Source: Vicinamibacteria bacterium (lineage in GTDB: Bacteria > Acidobacteriota > Vicinamibacteria > Marinacidobacterales > Marinacidobacteraceae). Taken from it: 64,000 nt of DNA. Position numbers and translations under genes: made by a program. Location of the stretch: contig OZ241322.1 in NCBI GenBank assembly GCA_965199715.1, forward strand, positions 1,728,001 through 1,792,000, written 5' to 3'. Shown piece after piece: positions 9,491-19,354 of this stretch. Numbering within the stretch: the stretch's first letter is position 1; each line of letters starts with the position of its first letter. The notes beneath the pieces are model-generated. The model was not told where the DNA came from. It searched no databases and worked only from the letters and a program-made list of their open reading frames with translations.

Positions 9491-10294
9491 ATGTTCCGAT
9501 TCCTTTCTTCCTGCGTGGTTCTGCTCGCGCTCGCCGGGTGCGGAGGCGGGGGAGACGTCCCAGCCGAAACGACCGCGCCCATGCCTCCCGCCAAGGAACC
9601 CATGCCCGAACCAGCGCCCCCCGAGACCGACCTCCCCGTGCCCGGCGCGGTGATCGCCATGACCACCACGCTGGGCGAGATCCGCATCGAGCTCTATCCG
9701 AACGAGGCCCCGCTCAGCGCGGCGAACTTCCTCCAGTACGTGGAGGACGGTTTCTACGACGGCACGATCTTCCATCGCGTCGTGCGCGGCTTCGTCATCC
9801 AGGGCGGCGGGTTCACCGCCGACATGACGGAGAAGGAGACCCGCGCCCCGATCCAGAACGAGGCGCAGAACGGACTTCGGAACGGGCGCGGCTGGCTGTC
9901 GATGGCGCGGACGATGGATCCGCACAGCGCCACCTCGCAGTTCTTCATCAATACCGTCGATAACGCGACTCTCGACCACAAGAGCCCGACTCCCGGGGGC
10001 TGGGGCTACGCGGTCTTCGGCAGGGTGGTCGAGGGGCTCGACGTGGTGGACGCCATCGAGGCGTCTCCGGTGGTCAGCCGGGCCGGGTTCAACGACGTGC
10101 CGCAGGATCCGATCGCGATCACTTCGGCGACCGTCCAGTCACCCCGATCCCTCCCGCTCGCACACCGCGAGCAGCACTTCGGGCGCGCCCGCGGCGCCCT
10201 CGAGGGGATACGGAGCGTGCCGCGCCTCGCGCTCCATCGGAAGGCGCAGGACGTTCAGCGCCGAATGGAGCTTCCGCCCGGCGAACGGCGATAG
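9491..10294 (+). CDS. Cyclophilin-type peptidyl-prolyl isomerase, lipoprotein
   Basis: LALAGC lipobox; FYDGTIFHRVV, FVIQGGG, SATSQFFIN, GYAVFGRV; reading frame extends about 50 aa past the domain. Confidence 0.9.
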   Translation: MFRFLSSCVVLLALAGCGGGGDVPAETTAPMPPAKEPMPEPAPPETDLPVPGAVIAMTTTLGEIRIELYPNEAPLSAANFLQYVEDGFYDGTIFHRVVRGFVIQGGGFTADMTEKETRAPIQNEAQNGLRNGRGWLSMARTMDPHSATSQFFINTVDNATLDHKSPTPGGWGYAVFGRVVEGLDVVDAIEASPVVSRAGFNDVPQDPIAITSATVQSPRSLPLAHREQHFGRARGALEGIRSVPRLALHRKAQDVQRRMELPPGERR

Positions 10295-10876
10295 CGCCCC
10301 GATCCGGCTGACCGGGCCGAGCAGCGGCGCCGGCCACGGCGTCTGGCCGTACCAGCGGACGTTCCGGAAGCGCCGGCCGAGGAGCGCGGCGAACTCCGAC
10401 CGGGCGTACTCGCGGACGTGGTGCGGGTTGTCCGGGCGGTCGGTCAGCCGCTTTCCCGGACTGGTGACCTCGCGCTCCGGGGTGGAGCACAGCAGCAGGC
10501 CGCCGGGCGCGAGCACCCGGTGCGCCTCCTCGATCGCCGCCCGGTCGGCCTCGACGTGCTCGATGGTTTCGAACGAGACGTACAGGTCGAAGCTCGCGTC
10601 GGCGAACGGCAGCTTCGCGGCGTCGGCGACGACTCCGGTCAGCCGTCCGGCCCCCGAACCCGGCTGGCGAGCCTCGCGGAACGCCTCGTCCGCCCGGTCG
10701 GCGGAGACGACCAGCCGCGCCCCGGCGTCACGAAGGAGGCCCGATCCGTACCCCGCGCCGCAGGCCAGGTCCAGCGCGCGCTTGCCGGCGGCCAGCCTCG
10801 CGGCGAAGCGGTAGCGGGCGAGATGCTGGTTGCGCAGCCACGGCGAGGCGAAGCGATGCAGCGCGAGGCGTTCCAC
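10139..10876 (-). CDS. Class I SAM-dependent methyltransferase
   Basis: HLARYRFA, LDLACGAGYG, FETIEHV, NPHHVREY. Confidence 0.88.
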   Translation of the reverse strand: MERLALHRFASPWLRNQHLARYRFAARLAAGKRALDLACGAGYGSGLLRDAGARLVVSADRADEAFREARQPGSGAGRLTGVVADAAKLPFADASFDLYVSFETIEHVEADRAAIEEAHRVLAPGGLLLCSTPEREVTSPGKRLTDRPDNPHHVREYARSEFAALLGRRFRNVRWYGQTPWPAPLLGPVSRIGALSPFAGRKLHSALNVLRLPMEREARHAPYPLEGAAGAPEVLLAVCEREGSG

Positions 10877-10900
10877 GGGCGGGCGGTATTCTCCCGAACC

Positions 10901-11629
10901 GTGCGGGAGGAACCCGGGGTCAGCGCGTGCTTCCCCGCGTTCCACGACGCGGGGAGCATCGGCTGGGTAGTCCGCCGGGCCCGCGTCGCGCTCGCCGGAT
11001 CCGGTCGGCGCTTCGAGATTCTCGTCCTCGACGACGGCAGCGGCGACGACACCCTCGCGGCGATTCAGGCGCTCGCTCCCGAGGTTCCGGAACTGCGGAT
11101 CCTCCGCCACGAAGCGAACCGCGGCTACGGCGCGACGCTACGCGACCTCTTCCGCGCCGCCCGGATGCCGCTCGTCGCGTACACCGACGGGGACGGCCAG
11201 TTCGACCCGCTCGAAATTCCGCGCCTGATGGCCGCGATGACGCCGCAGACGGACTTCGTGAACGGCTACCGGGCGGCCCGCGCCGACGGACCGGTCCGCC
11301 GGGCGCTCGGCCCGCGCTTCCACCGGGTGGTCGCCCGCACGTTCGGGCTTCCGCCGCTGCGCGACTGGGACTGCGACTTCCGGCTGTTCCGGCGCTCGCT
11401 CGCGCTCGAGGGATCGATGAGCTTCGACGACGGCACCGCGGTCGTCGAATTTCTGGCGTCGCTCGGGGAGGTCGGCCTCGCCGAAGTCGAGGTGAGCCAC
11501 GGGCCGCGCCGCTCGGGCAGCAGCCGGTACTTCCGGCCGGGCTCGGTCGCGGCGGGCCACCGCAACCTGTTCCGCCTCTGGCGGCGGCGCGGCTCGCCGC
11601 CGATTCGCTGGCGGGCCTGGTTACGCTGA
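10901..11629 (+). CDS. Glycosyltransferase family 2 (DPM1-like)
   Basis: VLDDGSGDDT, NRGYG, TDGDGQFD motifs. Confidence 0.88.
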   Translation: MREEPGVSACFPAFHDAGSIGWVVRRARVALAGSGRRFEILVLDDGSGDDTLAAIQALAPEVPELRILRHEANRGYGATLRDLFRAARMPLVAYTDGDGQFDPLEIPRLMAAMTPQTDFVNGYRAARADGPVRRALGPRFHRVVARTFGLPPLRDWDCDFRLFRRSLALEGSMSFDDGTAVVEFLASLGEVGLAEVEVSHGPRRSGSSRYFRPGSVAAGHRNLFRLWRRRGSPPIRWRAWLR

Positions 11630-13036
11630 CATTTCCGCGGCGGCGTTCCGCCCGGAAACCCCGTGGAGCCCGCCGTAGGGGTACGTCCCCGGACCGGCGA
11701 GGAAGAGTCCGTCGATGGGAGTCCGGTGGCGGGCGTATCCGGGAACCGGGCGCAGCGACCAGAGCTGGTCCATGGCTGGCTCGCCCTGGTGGAAGCTCCC
11801 CTCGAGGAGGCCGAAGCCGCGTTCGAGCGCGCTGGGCGTGAGGACGCGGGACGCGGTCACGAGGCCGCGGATCCGGGGGAAGGCGCGCTCGAGGGCGGCG
11901 AGCGTCGCTTCCGCCACGTCGGCCTCGTTCGCGTCCGCCGGTACCGACTGCACCGTCGCGGCCACGATCGTCTCGCCGACCGAGGCGAGGACGAGCGGCG
12001 GGTCGGCCAGCCGCCCGTACTTGAAGGCGTCGGCGGAGCGTTCCAGTGCCTCCAGCGAGCCGCCGACCTGGTACAGGCCGGGCGGCCCGGGCGGCGCCGA
12101 GAGCGCGAAGCCGACGCGCGCCGCCGTTCCACGGTAGCGGATCCGGCGCACGTCGCTCGCGAACGTCGGCGGGAGGTTCCGCTCGCCCGCCCAGCGCAGG
12201 AGCGTCGCGCCCGGAGCGGCGTCGGAAACGACGGTCCCGCAGCGGATCGTCCGCCCGTCGAGGAGCTCCACGCCGGTCGCCCGGCCCCCGGCCACGACGA
12301 TGCGGCGCGCGCCGCTGGAGTCGAGGCGCGCGCCCTCGCCCCGGGCCGCGTCGCGCAGCGCGCGCCCGACCTCGGTCGCGCCGCCGTCGGGCGGGCGGAT
12401 CCAGCCGAGCGGCTCGGGATGGCCGAAGCTGTGGAAGTGGAGGAAGAGCCCCGCCGTTCCCGGATCGCGCGGCCCGAGGCGGATTCCGGTGAGCGCCGGC
12501 CCGGCGAGGCCCGCCCGCAGGCGGGGGTCGTCGAAGTCCCGGAGGAAGTTCGCGAGCGACATCGGCAGCGAGCGGAGCAGCGTGTGGAGCCGCCGTCCCC
12601 CGAGTCCGAGCGCGGCGAGGGCCGCCGGCAGCGCGTCGGGAAGGGTCGCGTCCAGATCGAGCGGCGGCCGCTCCAGCAGCTTCCGCAGGAAGCCGGCGAG
12701 CGAGCGGAGCTCGGCGGCGAACTCGGGATGAGTGGGAAGGCCGCGCGGAATCGGCAGCGGGTCGCCCTCGCCGACGACGGTGAGGACCGGGTCGGGGGCG
12801 GTCCAGCGCAGCGCGAGGCGTAGGTCGGCGGCCACCGCCGGATCCACCGACGGCAGGGTCTCCGGCGCGACCGGGAACGTGAAGCCGGGAGCGATCTCGA
12901 CGTTGGCCGCGATCCCGCCCGGTCGCCCGCGCTCGCCCACGACGAGCACGGTCCGGCCGCGGGCGGCGAGGTACGCCGCGGCGACGAGCGCGTCCGGCCC
13001 GCCGCCGATCGCGCAGACGTCGTACGAATCGCGCAT
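11621..13036 (-). CDS. Phytoene dehydrogenase-like FAD oxidoreductase (divergent paralog)
   Basis: GGGPDALVAA N-terminus, TPIDGLFLAGPGTYPYGG C-terminus; ATG overlaps upstream TGA. Confidence 0.82.
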   Translation of the reverse strand: MRDSYDVCAIGGGPDALVAAAYLAARGRTVLVVGERGRPGGIAANVEIAPGFTFPVAPETLPSVDPAVAADLRLALRWTAPDPVLTVVGEGDPLPIPRGLPTHPEFAAELRSLAGFLRKLLERPPLDLDATLPDALPAALAALGLGGRRLHTLLRSLPMSLANFLRDFDDPRLRAGLAGPALTGIRLGPRDPGTAGLFLHFHSFGHPEPLGWIRPPDGGATEVGRALRDAARGEGARLDSSGARRIVVAGGRATGVELLDGRTIRCGTVVSDAAPGATLLRWAGERNLPPTFASDVRRIRYRGTAARVGFALSAPPGPPGLYQVGGSLEALERSADAFKYGRLADPPLVLASVGETIVAATVQSVPADANEADVAEATLAALERAFPRIRGLVTASRVLTPSALERGFGLLEGSFHQGEPAMDQLWSLRPVPGYARHRTPIDGLFLAGPGTYPYGGLHGVSGRNAAAEMSA

Positions 13037-14619
13037 CAGGACGTGATCCCGAGCATCGCGTCGGCCCCCAGCTTGCCCGGCGCTCCCATCACTCCGCCGC
13101 CGGGATGCGCCCCCGAACCGCACAGGTACAGGTCGCGCACCGGGGTCTTGAACTGGGCCCAGCCCGCCGCCGGACGCAGGAAGAAGAGCTGCTCCAGGGC
13201 CAGCTCGCCCTGGAAGATGTTTCCCTCGGAGAGCCCGGTCCGGCGCTCGATGTCGAGCGGGGTGAGCACCTGCCGCTCGAGGATGATCTCGGGAAGGTTC
13301 GGCGCGTACTCGGCGAGCGTGCGGATGACCGTGTCCCCGAAAGCGTCCCGCTGGGCGTCCCAGTCCGGCGCTCCCTCGGCGAGGCGGTACGGCGCGTACT
13401 GGACGAAGATGGACATCACGTGCTTGCCGGGCGGCGCCATGCCGGGGTCGAGCAGCGACGGGATGCAGACGTCGAGGTAGGGAACCCGCGAGAACCGCCC
13501 GTACTTGGCGTCGTCGTAGGCGCGTTCGAGGGTGTGCGTGTCCGGGCTGATCGAGATCGCGCCGCGCAGGTGCGCGCCGGGTCCGGGCAGCGCGGCGAAG
13601 TCCGGCAGCGCGTCGAGGGCGAGGTTCACCTTGCCCGACGAGCCCTCGAACCGGAACCGCTCGATGTCGGCGCGGAAGTCGTCCGGAAGCTCGTCCGGGT
13701 CGAGCAGCTTGAGAAAGGTGAGGCGCGGATCGAGGCTGGAGCCGATCCGGCTCGCGTAGATCTCCTCGCCGCCGTCCAGAACGACCCCGGCGGCGCGCCC
13801 GCCCGAGGTCAGGATCCGCTCCACCCCGGCGTTCGTGCGGATCTCGGCGCCGAAGCTGCGGGCGGAGCTCGCGAGCGCGTCCGCGACCGCCCCCATGCCG
13901 CCCTTCTGGAACCCCCACGAGCGCGAGGCCCCGTCGAGCTCCCCCGCGTAGTGGTGGAGGAGCACGTAGGCGGTGCCGGGCGAGCTGATTCCGAGGAACG
14001 TGCCGATGATCCCGCTCGCCGCCATCGTGGCCTTCAGCACGTCGCTCTCGAACCAGCGGTCGAGGTAGTCGCGGGCGCTCGCGGTCATCAGCCGGGCGAG
14101 TTCGTGGAAGCGCCCGTCGTCGAGGCTCGAAAAGTGCCGGGCGAGCCCGCCGAGCGCCACGAGCTCGCGCGGATGCGCCGAACCGAGCCGCGGCGGCCGC
14201 ATCATCAGCAGGTCGCGGATCGCCTGGGACAACTGGTGCATCCGCAGCCCGAAGCGCGGGTACTCGTCGGCGTCGCGCCGCGAGAATTGCTGGAGCGACT
14301 CGCGGGTCCGCGCCGGGTCGTGCCAGCGCATCAGCGCGCGTCCGTCGCGGGTCGGCGTGAACGTCCCGTCGAGCGCCTGGAGATGCAGTCCGTGACGGGC
14401 GAGGTCGAGGTCGTCGATGATCTGCGGCCGCATCAGGCTCAGCACGTACGAGAAGACGGTCGCGGTGAACCCCGGCAGGATCTCCTCGCTGTAGGTCGCG
14501 CCGCCCACCCGCTCGTTCCGCTCGACCACGAGGACGCTCCGCCCGGCCCGCGCAAGGTAGGCGGCGGCGGTGAGCCCGTTGTGGCCGCCGCCGATCACGA
14601 TGGCGTCGTAGCGCTTCAT
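13036..14619 (-). CDS. Phytoene dehydrogenase-like (PYROXD2-like) FAD oxidoreductase
   Basis: IGGGHNGLTAAAYLA, LYLCGSGAHPGGGVMGAPG. Confidence 0.9.
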   Translation of the reverse strand: MKRYDAIVIGGGHNGLTAAAYLARAGRSVLVVERNERVGGATYSEEILPGFTATVFSYVLSLMRPQIIDDLDLARHGLHLQALDGTFTPTRDGRALMRWHDPARTRESLQQFSRRDADEYPRFGLRMHQLSQAIRDLLMMRPPRLGSAHPRELVALGGLARHFSSLDDGRFHELARLMTASARDYLDRWFESDVLKATMAASGIIGTFLGISSPGTAYVLLHHYAGELDGASRSWGFQKGGMGAVADALASSARSFGAEIRTNAGVERILTSGGRAAGVVLDGGEEIYASRIGSSLDPRLTFLKLLDPDELPDDFRADIERFRFEGSSGKVNLALDALPDFAALPGPGAHLRGAISISPDTHTLERAYDDAKYGRFSRVPYLDVCIPSLLDPGMAPPGKHVMSIFVQYAPYRLAEGAPDWDAQRDAFGDTVIRTLAEYAPNLPEIILERQVLTPLDIERRTGLSEGNIFQGELALEQLFFLRPAAGWAQFKTPVRDLYLCGSGAHPGGGVMGAPGKLGADAMLGITS

Positions 14620-14653
14620 AAGTCCGGGGAGCCGCGGATCGTATGCTCTCCGA

Positions 14654-15850
14654 ATGGCCCGAGGCACCCCGTTCCACGACCGCACCGAGCCGCTGTGCGC
14701 GAGCATGCGCTGGAAGGAGTGGTCCGGCTTCCACGTCGTGGACGCCTTCGACCGGTTCCACGATCCGGAGTACCACGCGATGCGTTTCGGGGCGGCGCTG
14801 ATCGACGTGTCGCCGCTGTTCAAGTACGACTTCCGGGGACCGGACGCAACTGCGCTGACCGACCGGATCGTCACCCGCAACGTGGCCCGCTCCCGGGTCG
14901 GGCAGGTGCTCTATTCGGGCTGGTGCGACGAACGCGGGAAGCTGCTCCAGGACGGCTGCTTCCAGCGGCTCGCGCCGGACCTGGTGCGGGCGACCGCCGT
15001 GGATCCGTCGCTCACCTGGTTCGAGCAGGTCGCCGGGGGCATGGACGTTCGGATCGAGGACGCATCCGACGAGTGGGGGGCGCTCGCGCTCCAGGGGCCG
15101 TCGTCGTGCGCGATCCTGAGCGCGCTCGCCGACGCGGAGTTGTCGGACCTCGGGTTCTTCCGGCTGCGCGAGGCGCGCCTCGGCGGCGTTCCCACGATCG
15201 TCACCCGCACCGGGTACACCGGCGACCTCGGCTACGAGCTGTGGGTTCGGAGCGAGCGCGCCGGCGAGCTGTGGGATCGGCTCATGGAGGCCGGCGAGCC
15301 GCGCGGGCTCCTGCCGGCGGGGATGCTCGCGCTCGATCGGGCGCGGGTCGAGGCGGGCCTTCCGCTCATCGACGTGGATTTCTGGAACGCCGACCATGCG
15401 CTCACCGAGGGGCAGAAGTCCACGCCCTACGAGATGGGCCTCGGATGGGCGGTCAGCGCGAAGAAGGGGCCGTTCATCGGCAAGGCGGCGCTCATGGCGG
15501 AGCGTCGGCGCGGCCCGGAGCGGTTCTTCGTGGGGATCGAGACGCCGATCGGCGAGCTCCAGCGTCTGTTCGCGCTCGAGGAGTTGGCTCCCGAGGTCGG
15601 GGACGAGGTGAACCGGGTCGGCGTGCCGGTCTATGCGGGCGGGCGGCAGGTCGGCCGGGCCACGAGCGTGTGCTGGTCGCCGCTCCTGAAGCGCCAGGTC
15701 GCGCTCGCGACGGTGGAGCGCGGCTTCGAGAAGCACGGCACGCCGCTCGACGTGGAGGTCACGGTCGAGTACACCCGCTACCGGGCGGCTTCGCGGGTCG
15801 CCCCGTTGCCGTTCTTCGACCCGCCCCGCAAGCGGGCGACCCCGGCCTGA
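14654..15850 (+). CDS. GcvT-like aminomethyltransferase / THF-dependent demethylase family protein
   Basis: LIDVSPLFKY, ALQGP, TRTGYTGDLGYELW, ARVEAG. Confidence 0.88.
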   Translation: MARGTPFHDRTEPLCASMRWKEWSGFHVVDAFDRFHDPEYHAMRFGAALIDVSPLFKYDFRGPDATALTDRIVTRNVARSRVGQVLYSGWCDERGKLLQDGCFQRLAPDLVRATAVDPSLTWFEQVAGGMDVRIEDASDEWGALALQGPSSCAILSALADAELSDLGFFRLREARLGGVPTIVTRTGYTGDLGYELWVRSERAGELWDRLMEAGEPRGLLPAGMLALDRARVEAGLPLIDVDFWNADHALTEGQKSTPYEMGLGWAVSAKKGPFIGKAALMAERRRGPERFFVGIETPIGELQRLFALEELAPEVGDEVNRVGVPVYAGGRQVGRATSVCWSPLLKRQVALATVERGFEKHGTPLDVEVTVEYTRYRAASRVAPLPFFDPPRKRATPA

Positions 15851-15852
15851 GC

Positions 15853-16288
15853 TTGATCGAGATCCGGACCGGGAGCCTCCTCGAGTCGGACGCGGAGGCG
15901 CTCGTGAACCCGGTGAACTGCGCCGGCGTGATGGGCGCGGGCCTCGCGCTCCAGTTCAAGCGGGCTTGTCCGGAGAACTTCCGCGCGTACGCCGCGGCGT
16001 GCCGGAGGAGAGCGGTGCAGCCCGGACGCGTGTTCGTGTTCGCACGGGCGCCGCATCGTGAATTTCCCGACCAAGTGGCATTGGCGGAACCCGGGCCGGC
16101 TGCCGATCGTCGAGGCCGGACTCGAGGATCTGCGGGACGTCATCGATCGAGAGGACGTCCGCTTGATCGCGATCCCGGCGCTCGGATGCGGGCTCGGCGG
16201 ACTGGACTGGAGCGACGTGCGCCCCCTCGTCGAGAGCGCAATGTCCGGGTTCGACGAACTCAGGGCGGAGGTGTTCGAACCGAGCTGA
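15853..16288 (+). pseudogene. Macrodomain (DarG-like ADP-ribose glycohydrolase), frameshifted
   Basis: ALVNPVNCAGVMGAGLALQFK in one frame; IVNFPTKWHWR...IAIPALGCGLGGLDW in another; shift near 16042-16055. Confidence 0.85.
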
Positions 16289-17861
16289 CCGCGCCGGCTC
16301 CCTCCCGGACCACCACGGTCCCGACCGGCAGCGCGCCGAGTCTCACCGATCCGCCGGCCGCCCACTCGACCTCCGCCGACTCGGCTCCGCCGCCCAGCAG
16401 CACCCGCGCGTCGCTCGACGAGAGGAAGCTGCCGCTGCGGTGGGATTCCCGCAGCCGGGCTCCGGCGCGGACGCGGCTGCCAGTCCCGTCCCGGGGCGAG
16501 CGGACGCCGACGAGACGCACCAGCGTCCCCTGGCCGGGGCTCCGGTTGGCCAGCAACGTCGCCCGGTCGTCGATGTTCACGACCACGACGTCGGTGCGGG
16601 CGTCGCCGTCGAGATCGCCGAACGCCGCGCCCCGGCTGGAACGAACCCCGCCGCCCCACTCGACCTCGACGTACCGGCCGTCGGCCTCGTTCCTGAACAC
16701 CTGGTTCGGCATCGCGTAGCGGGTGTTGCTGCCGGCGTCTGCGGCCGCCGGATAGACGTGCCCGTTGGCGACGAACAGATCCAGCCGGCCGTCGCTGTCG
16801 AGGTCGGCGAACCGCGTGCCCCAGCCGAGCGCGAACCACCCCGGCGTCCGCAGCGCGTTGCGGGTCGTGCTGTCCTCGAAGAAGCCGCCGCCCATGTTCC
16901 GGTAGGCGGTGTTCGTGTCGTGCGAGAAGTTCGTGACGAACAGGTCCAACTGGCCGTCGTCGTCGAAGTCGCCCGCGTCCACGCCCATCCCCGCCTGCGC
17001 CAGCCCGTCCACGTTGTAGGCGGTTCCGGCGACCAGTCCGTCCTCCCGGAAACCGCCCGGCTCCCGGATCCACAGATGGTTCGGAACCGAGTCGTTGGCG
17101 ACGTACAGATCCGTGTCCCCGTCGCCGTCGAGGTCCGCCGCCACGACCCCGAGCCCGTAGCCGGCCTCCGCCGCGTCGAACCCGAACGCGCTCGTCGCCT
17201 CGTCGAACCCGCCGTCGCCCCGGTTGCGGAAGAAGGCGTCCGCCTCTGGAGTCAGCCCCGAGGGGCCGCAGAAGACCGGAAGCGAGAACCACACGCAGCT
17301 CGCGGCCTCGCCGGGAAGGGGGAGGTCGGCGATGGCGTCGCGGGTGTACCCGAGCACGAAGAGATCCAGCCAGCCGTCGCCGTCGGCGTCGAAGAACGCC
17401 GCCGACGTGGAGAACGCCGGGTGGTCCGCCCCCGCCCCCGCCGGCAGCCGCTCGAAGGTTCCGTCGCCCCGGTTCCGGTAGAACGCGTTGGGGCCGAGGT
17501 TCGTCACGTAGAGGTCGGGGAAGCCGTCGTTGTCGAAGTCGGCGGCGGCCGCCCCGAACCCCCATCCGACGTCCCCGACGCCCGCCGCCTCGGTCACGTC
17601 GGCGAAGCGGAACCCGCCTTCGTTCCGGTAGAGCCGGTTCGGCAGCCCCTCGCCGGGAACCCGGCCGTCGAGCGGCGCCCCGTTGACCAGATAGAGGTCG
17701 AGGTCCCCGTCCTGGTCGTAGTCGAGAAGCCCGGCCCCGCTCCCGAGCGAGGACACGATGAACCGCTTCTGAGGATCGCCGCTCCGGTTGCGGTACTCGA
17801 CCCCGCTCGCCGGCGTCACGTCCGCCAGGACGATCTGGCTCAGCAGCAGCGCGAGGATCAC
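16260..17861 (-). CDS. CRTAC1-family / FG-GAP repeat secreted protein
   Basis: Repeated DYDQDGDLDL, DFDNDGFPDL, DLDGDGDTDL Ca-binding motifs; GTGA overlap with upstream gene. Confidence 0.9.
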   Translation of the reverse strand: MILALLLSQIVLADVTPASGVEYRNRSGDPQKRFIVSSLGSGAGLLDYDQDGDLDLYLVNGAPLDGRVPGEGLPNRLYRNEGGFRFADVTEAAGVGDVGWGFGAAAADFDNDGFPDLYVTNLGPNAFYRNRGDGTFERLPAGAGADHPAFSTSAAFFDADGDGWLDLFVLGYTRDAIADLPLPGEAASCVWFSLPVFCGPSGLTPEADAFFRNRGDGGFDEATSAFGFDAAEAGYGLGVVAADLDGDGDTDLYVANDSVPNHLWIREPGGFREDGLVAGTAYNVDGLAQAGMGVDAGDFDDDGQLDLFVTNFSHDTNTAYRNMGGGFFEDSTTRNALRTPGWFALGWGTRFADLDSDGRLDLFVANGHVYPAAADAGSNTRYAMPNQVFRNEADGRYVEVEWGGGVRSSRGAAFGDLDGDARTDVVVVNIDDRATLLANRSPGQGTLVRLVGVRSPRDGTGSRVRAGARLRESHRSGSFLSSSDARVLLGGGAESAEVEWAAGGSVRLGALPVGTVVVREGAGAVSSVRTPPP

Positions 17862-19321
17862 GAACGGCGCAGCGCCCGAAGCTCCGGATGGTCCGGCCAG
17901 CGCCGCAGCGCCGCGTCGAGTGCCGCCTCCGCGTCCTCGCGCCGGCCGAGCGCGAGAAGCGCCCGGACCACGAGCTCGTGGTGCGCCGGTTCGTCGGCGG
18001 AGAGCGCGAGCAGCAGGCTCGCCTCCTCGAGGGCGCGGTCGGGCGCGCCTCCCTCGACGAGAACCCGGACCAGCTCGCGCTTCGGCTCGGGGACGCCCGG
18101 CGCCTGGTTCACCATCGCCTTCAGCTCGCGGACGCGCTCGTCGAGGGCGCGCACCTCCTGGAACCGGGCGAGGCGCTCGCGCCCGAGCGCTGCGAGCTCG
18201 GGATCGCCGCTGCGCGCCAGCAGGTTGCCCAGGTGGAGATGCGGCTCCGGCAGCGTGGGTGCCGTCTCGATCGCCTGCTCCAGCCGGGCGCGCGCGCTCT
18301 CGGGTTCGCCGGCGCTGCGGTGCGCGAGTCCGAGCGTCTGGAGGCCCGTCGCGAGGTCGGTCGGGTCCACGGGCGGCGCCTCGGCGTCCACCGCGGGAAC
18401 GAGCACCTCGATGGCCTCCTCGCTGCGGGTCTGCTCCTCGAGCAGCAGCCCCAGCCGGAAGCGCGCCATGCGGTGGTTCGGGTCCAGCTCCAGCGCGCGT
18501 CGGTAGCCGGCCTCCGCGCCGGGATCCTGGAGGAAGTGGAGCACGTCGCCGAGCCGGAAGTGCGTCTCTGCGTCGGCCGGAGCGGCTTCGGCGGCCGCCC
18601 GGCAGGCGTCCCGCGCCTCCTCCAGTCGATCCTCCCGCGACCGGAGCAGGCACAGTTCCGAAAGGGAAGGCGGGTGGCCGGGATCCAGCTCGAGGGCGCG
18701 GTCGAGGTGGCGCCCGGCCAGATCGAACCGGCCCAGATTCGAATACAGCCCGCCGAGATGGTGGTGCGCCTCGAGTGACGCGGGGTCGGCGCGGACCGCG
18801 GCGGCGAGCGCCCGCCGCGCTTCCGCCGGACGGCCTTGCCGCGCGTGCAGGGTTCCGAGCGGCGCGAGGATCTCCGCCCGCCCCGGCCAGTCGCCGGCGA
18901 GCGACTCGAGCCGCTCCCGTGCCTCGTCGGTGTTTCCCCGGCGGGCGAGCAGCAGGGCCAGATCCAGCCGCGCGACCGGGTTCTCGGGATCGAGGGCGAG
19001 GGCGCGCCGGAACGCCGCCTCGGCGCCGGAGAGGTCGCCCTGGGCGGCGAGCGCGCTCCCCACGAGGCGCGGTCCGTTGGCGTTGTCGGGAACTAGCTTG
19101 CCGAAGATCTCTCCCAGCCGGGCCGCCTCCCCGAAGTCCCCGATCCGGAGCCGCGCCACCGCGAGCATCCACGTGGGCACCGGGTCTCCCGGATGCTCCG
19201 CGCGCTCGGCTTCGAGCAGCGGGATCGCCTCGTCGAATTTCCCGGCGTCGAGAAGCGCCTGGGCGTCCGGCGCCGGCTGCGCCGCGAGCGCGGCGGCGAG
19301 CGCGAATGCCGCGATGGTCAT
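17858..19321 (-). CDS. Secreted tetratricopeptide repeat protein
   Basis: Signal peptide; repeated AxxxFRRALxLDP helices. Confidence 0.88.
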   Translation of the reverse strand: MTIAAFALAAALAAQPAPDAQALLDAGKFDEAIPLLEAERAEHPGDPVPTWMLAVARLRIGDFGEAARLGEIFGKLVPDNANGPRLVGSALAAQGDLSGAEAAFRRALALDPENPVARLDLALLLARRGNTDEARERLESLAGDWPGRAEILAPLGTLHARQGRPAEARRALAAAVRADPASLEAHHHLGGLYSNLGRFDLAGRHLDRALELDPGHPPSLSELCLLRSREDRLEEARDACRAAAEAAPADAETHFRLGDVLHFLQDPGAEAGYRRALELDPNHRMARFRLGLLLEEQTRSEEAIEVLVPAVDAEAPPVDPTDLATGLQTLGLAHRSAGEPESARARLEQAIETAPTLPEPHLHLGNLLARSGDPELAALGRERLARFQEVRALDERVRELKAMVNQAPGVPEPKRELVRVLVEGGAPDRALEEASLLLALSADEPAHHELVVRALLALGRREDAEAALDAALRRWPDHPELRALRRS

Positions 19322-19354
19322 GGTTCCCCCGCAGTATCGCCCAGATTCGCTACC

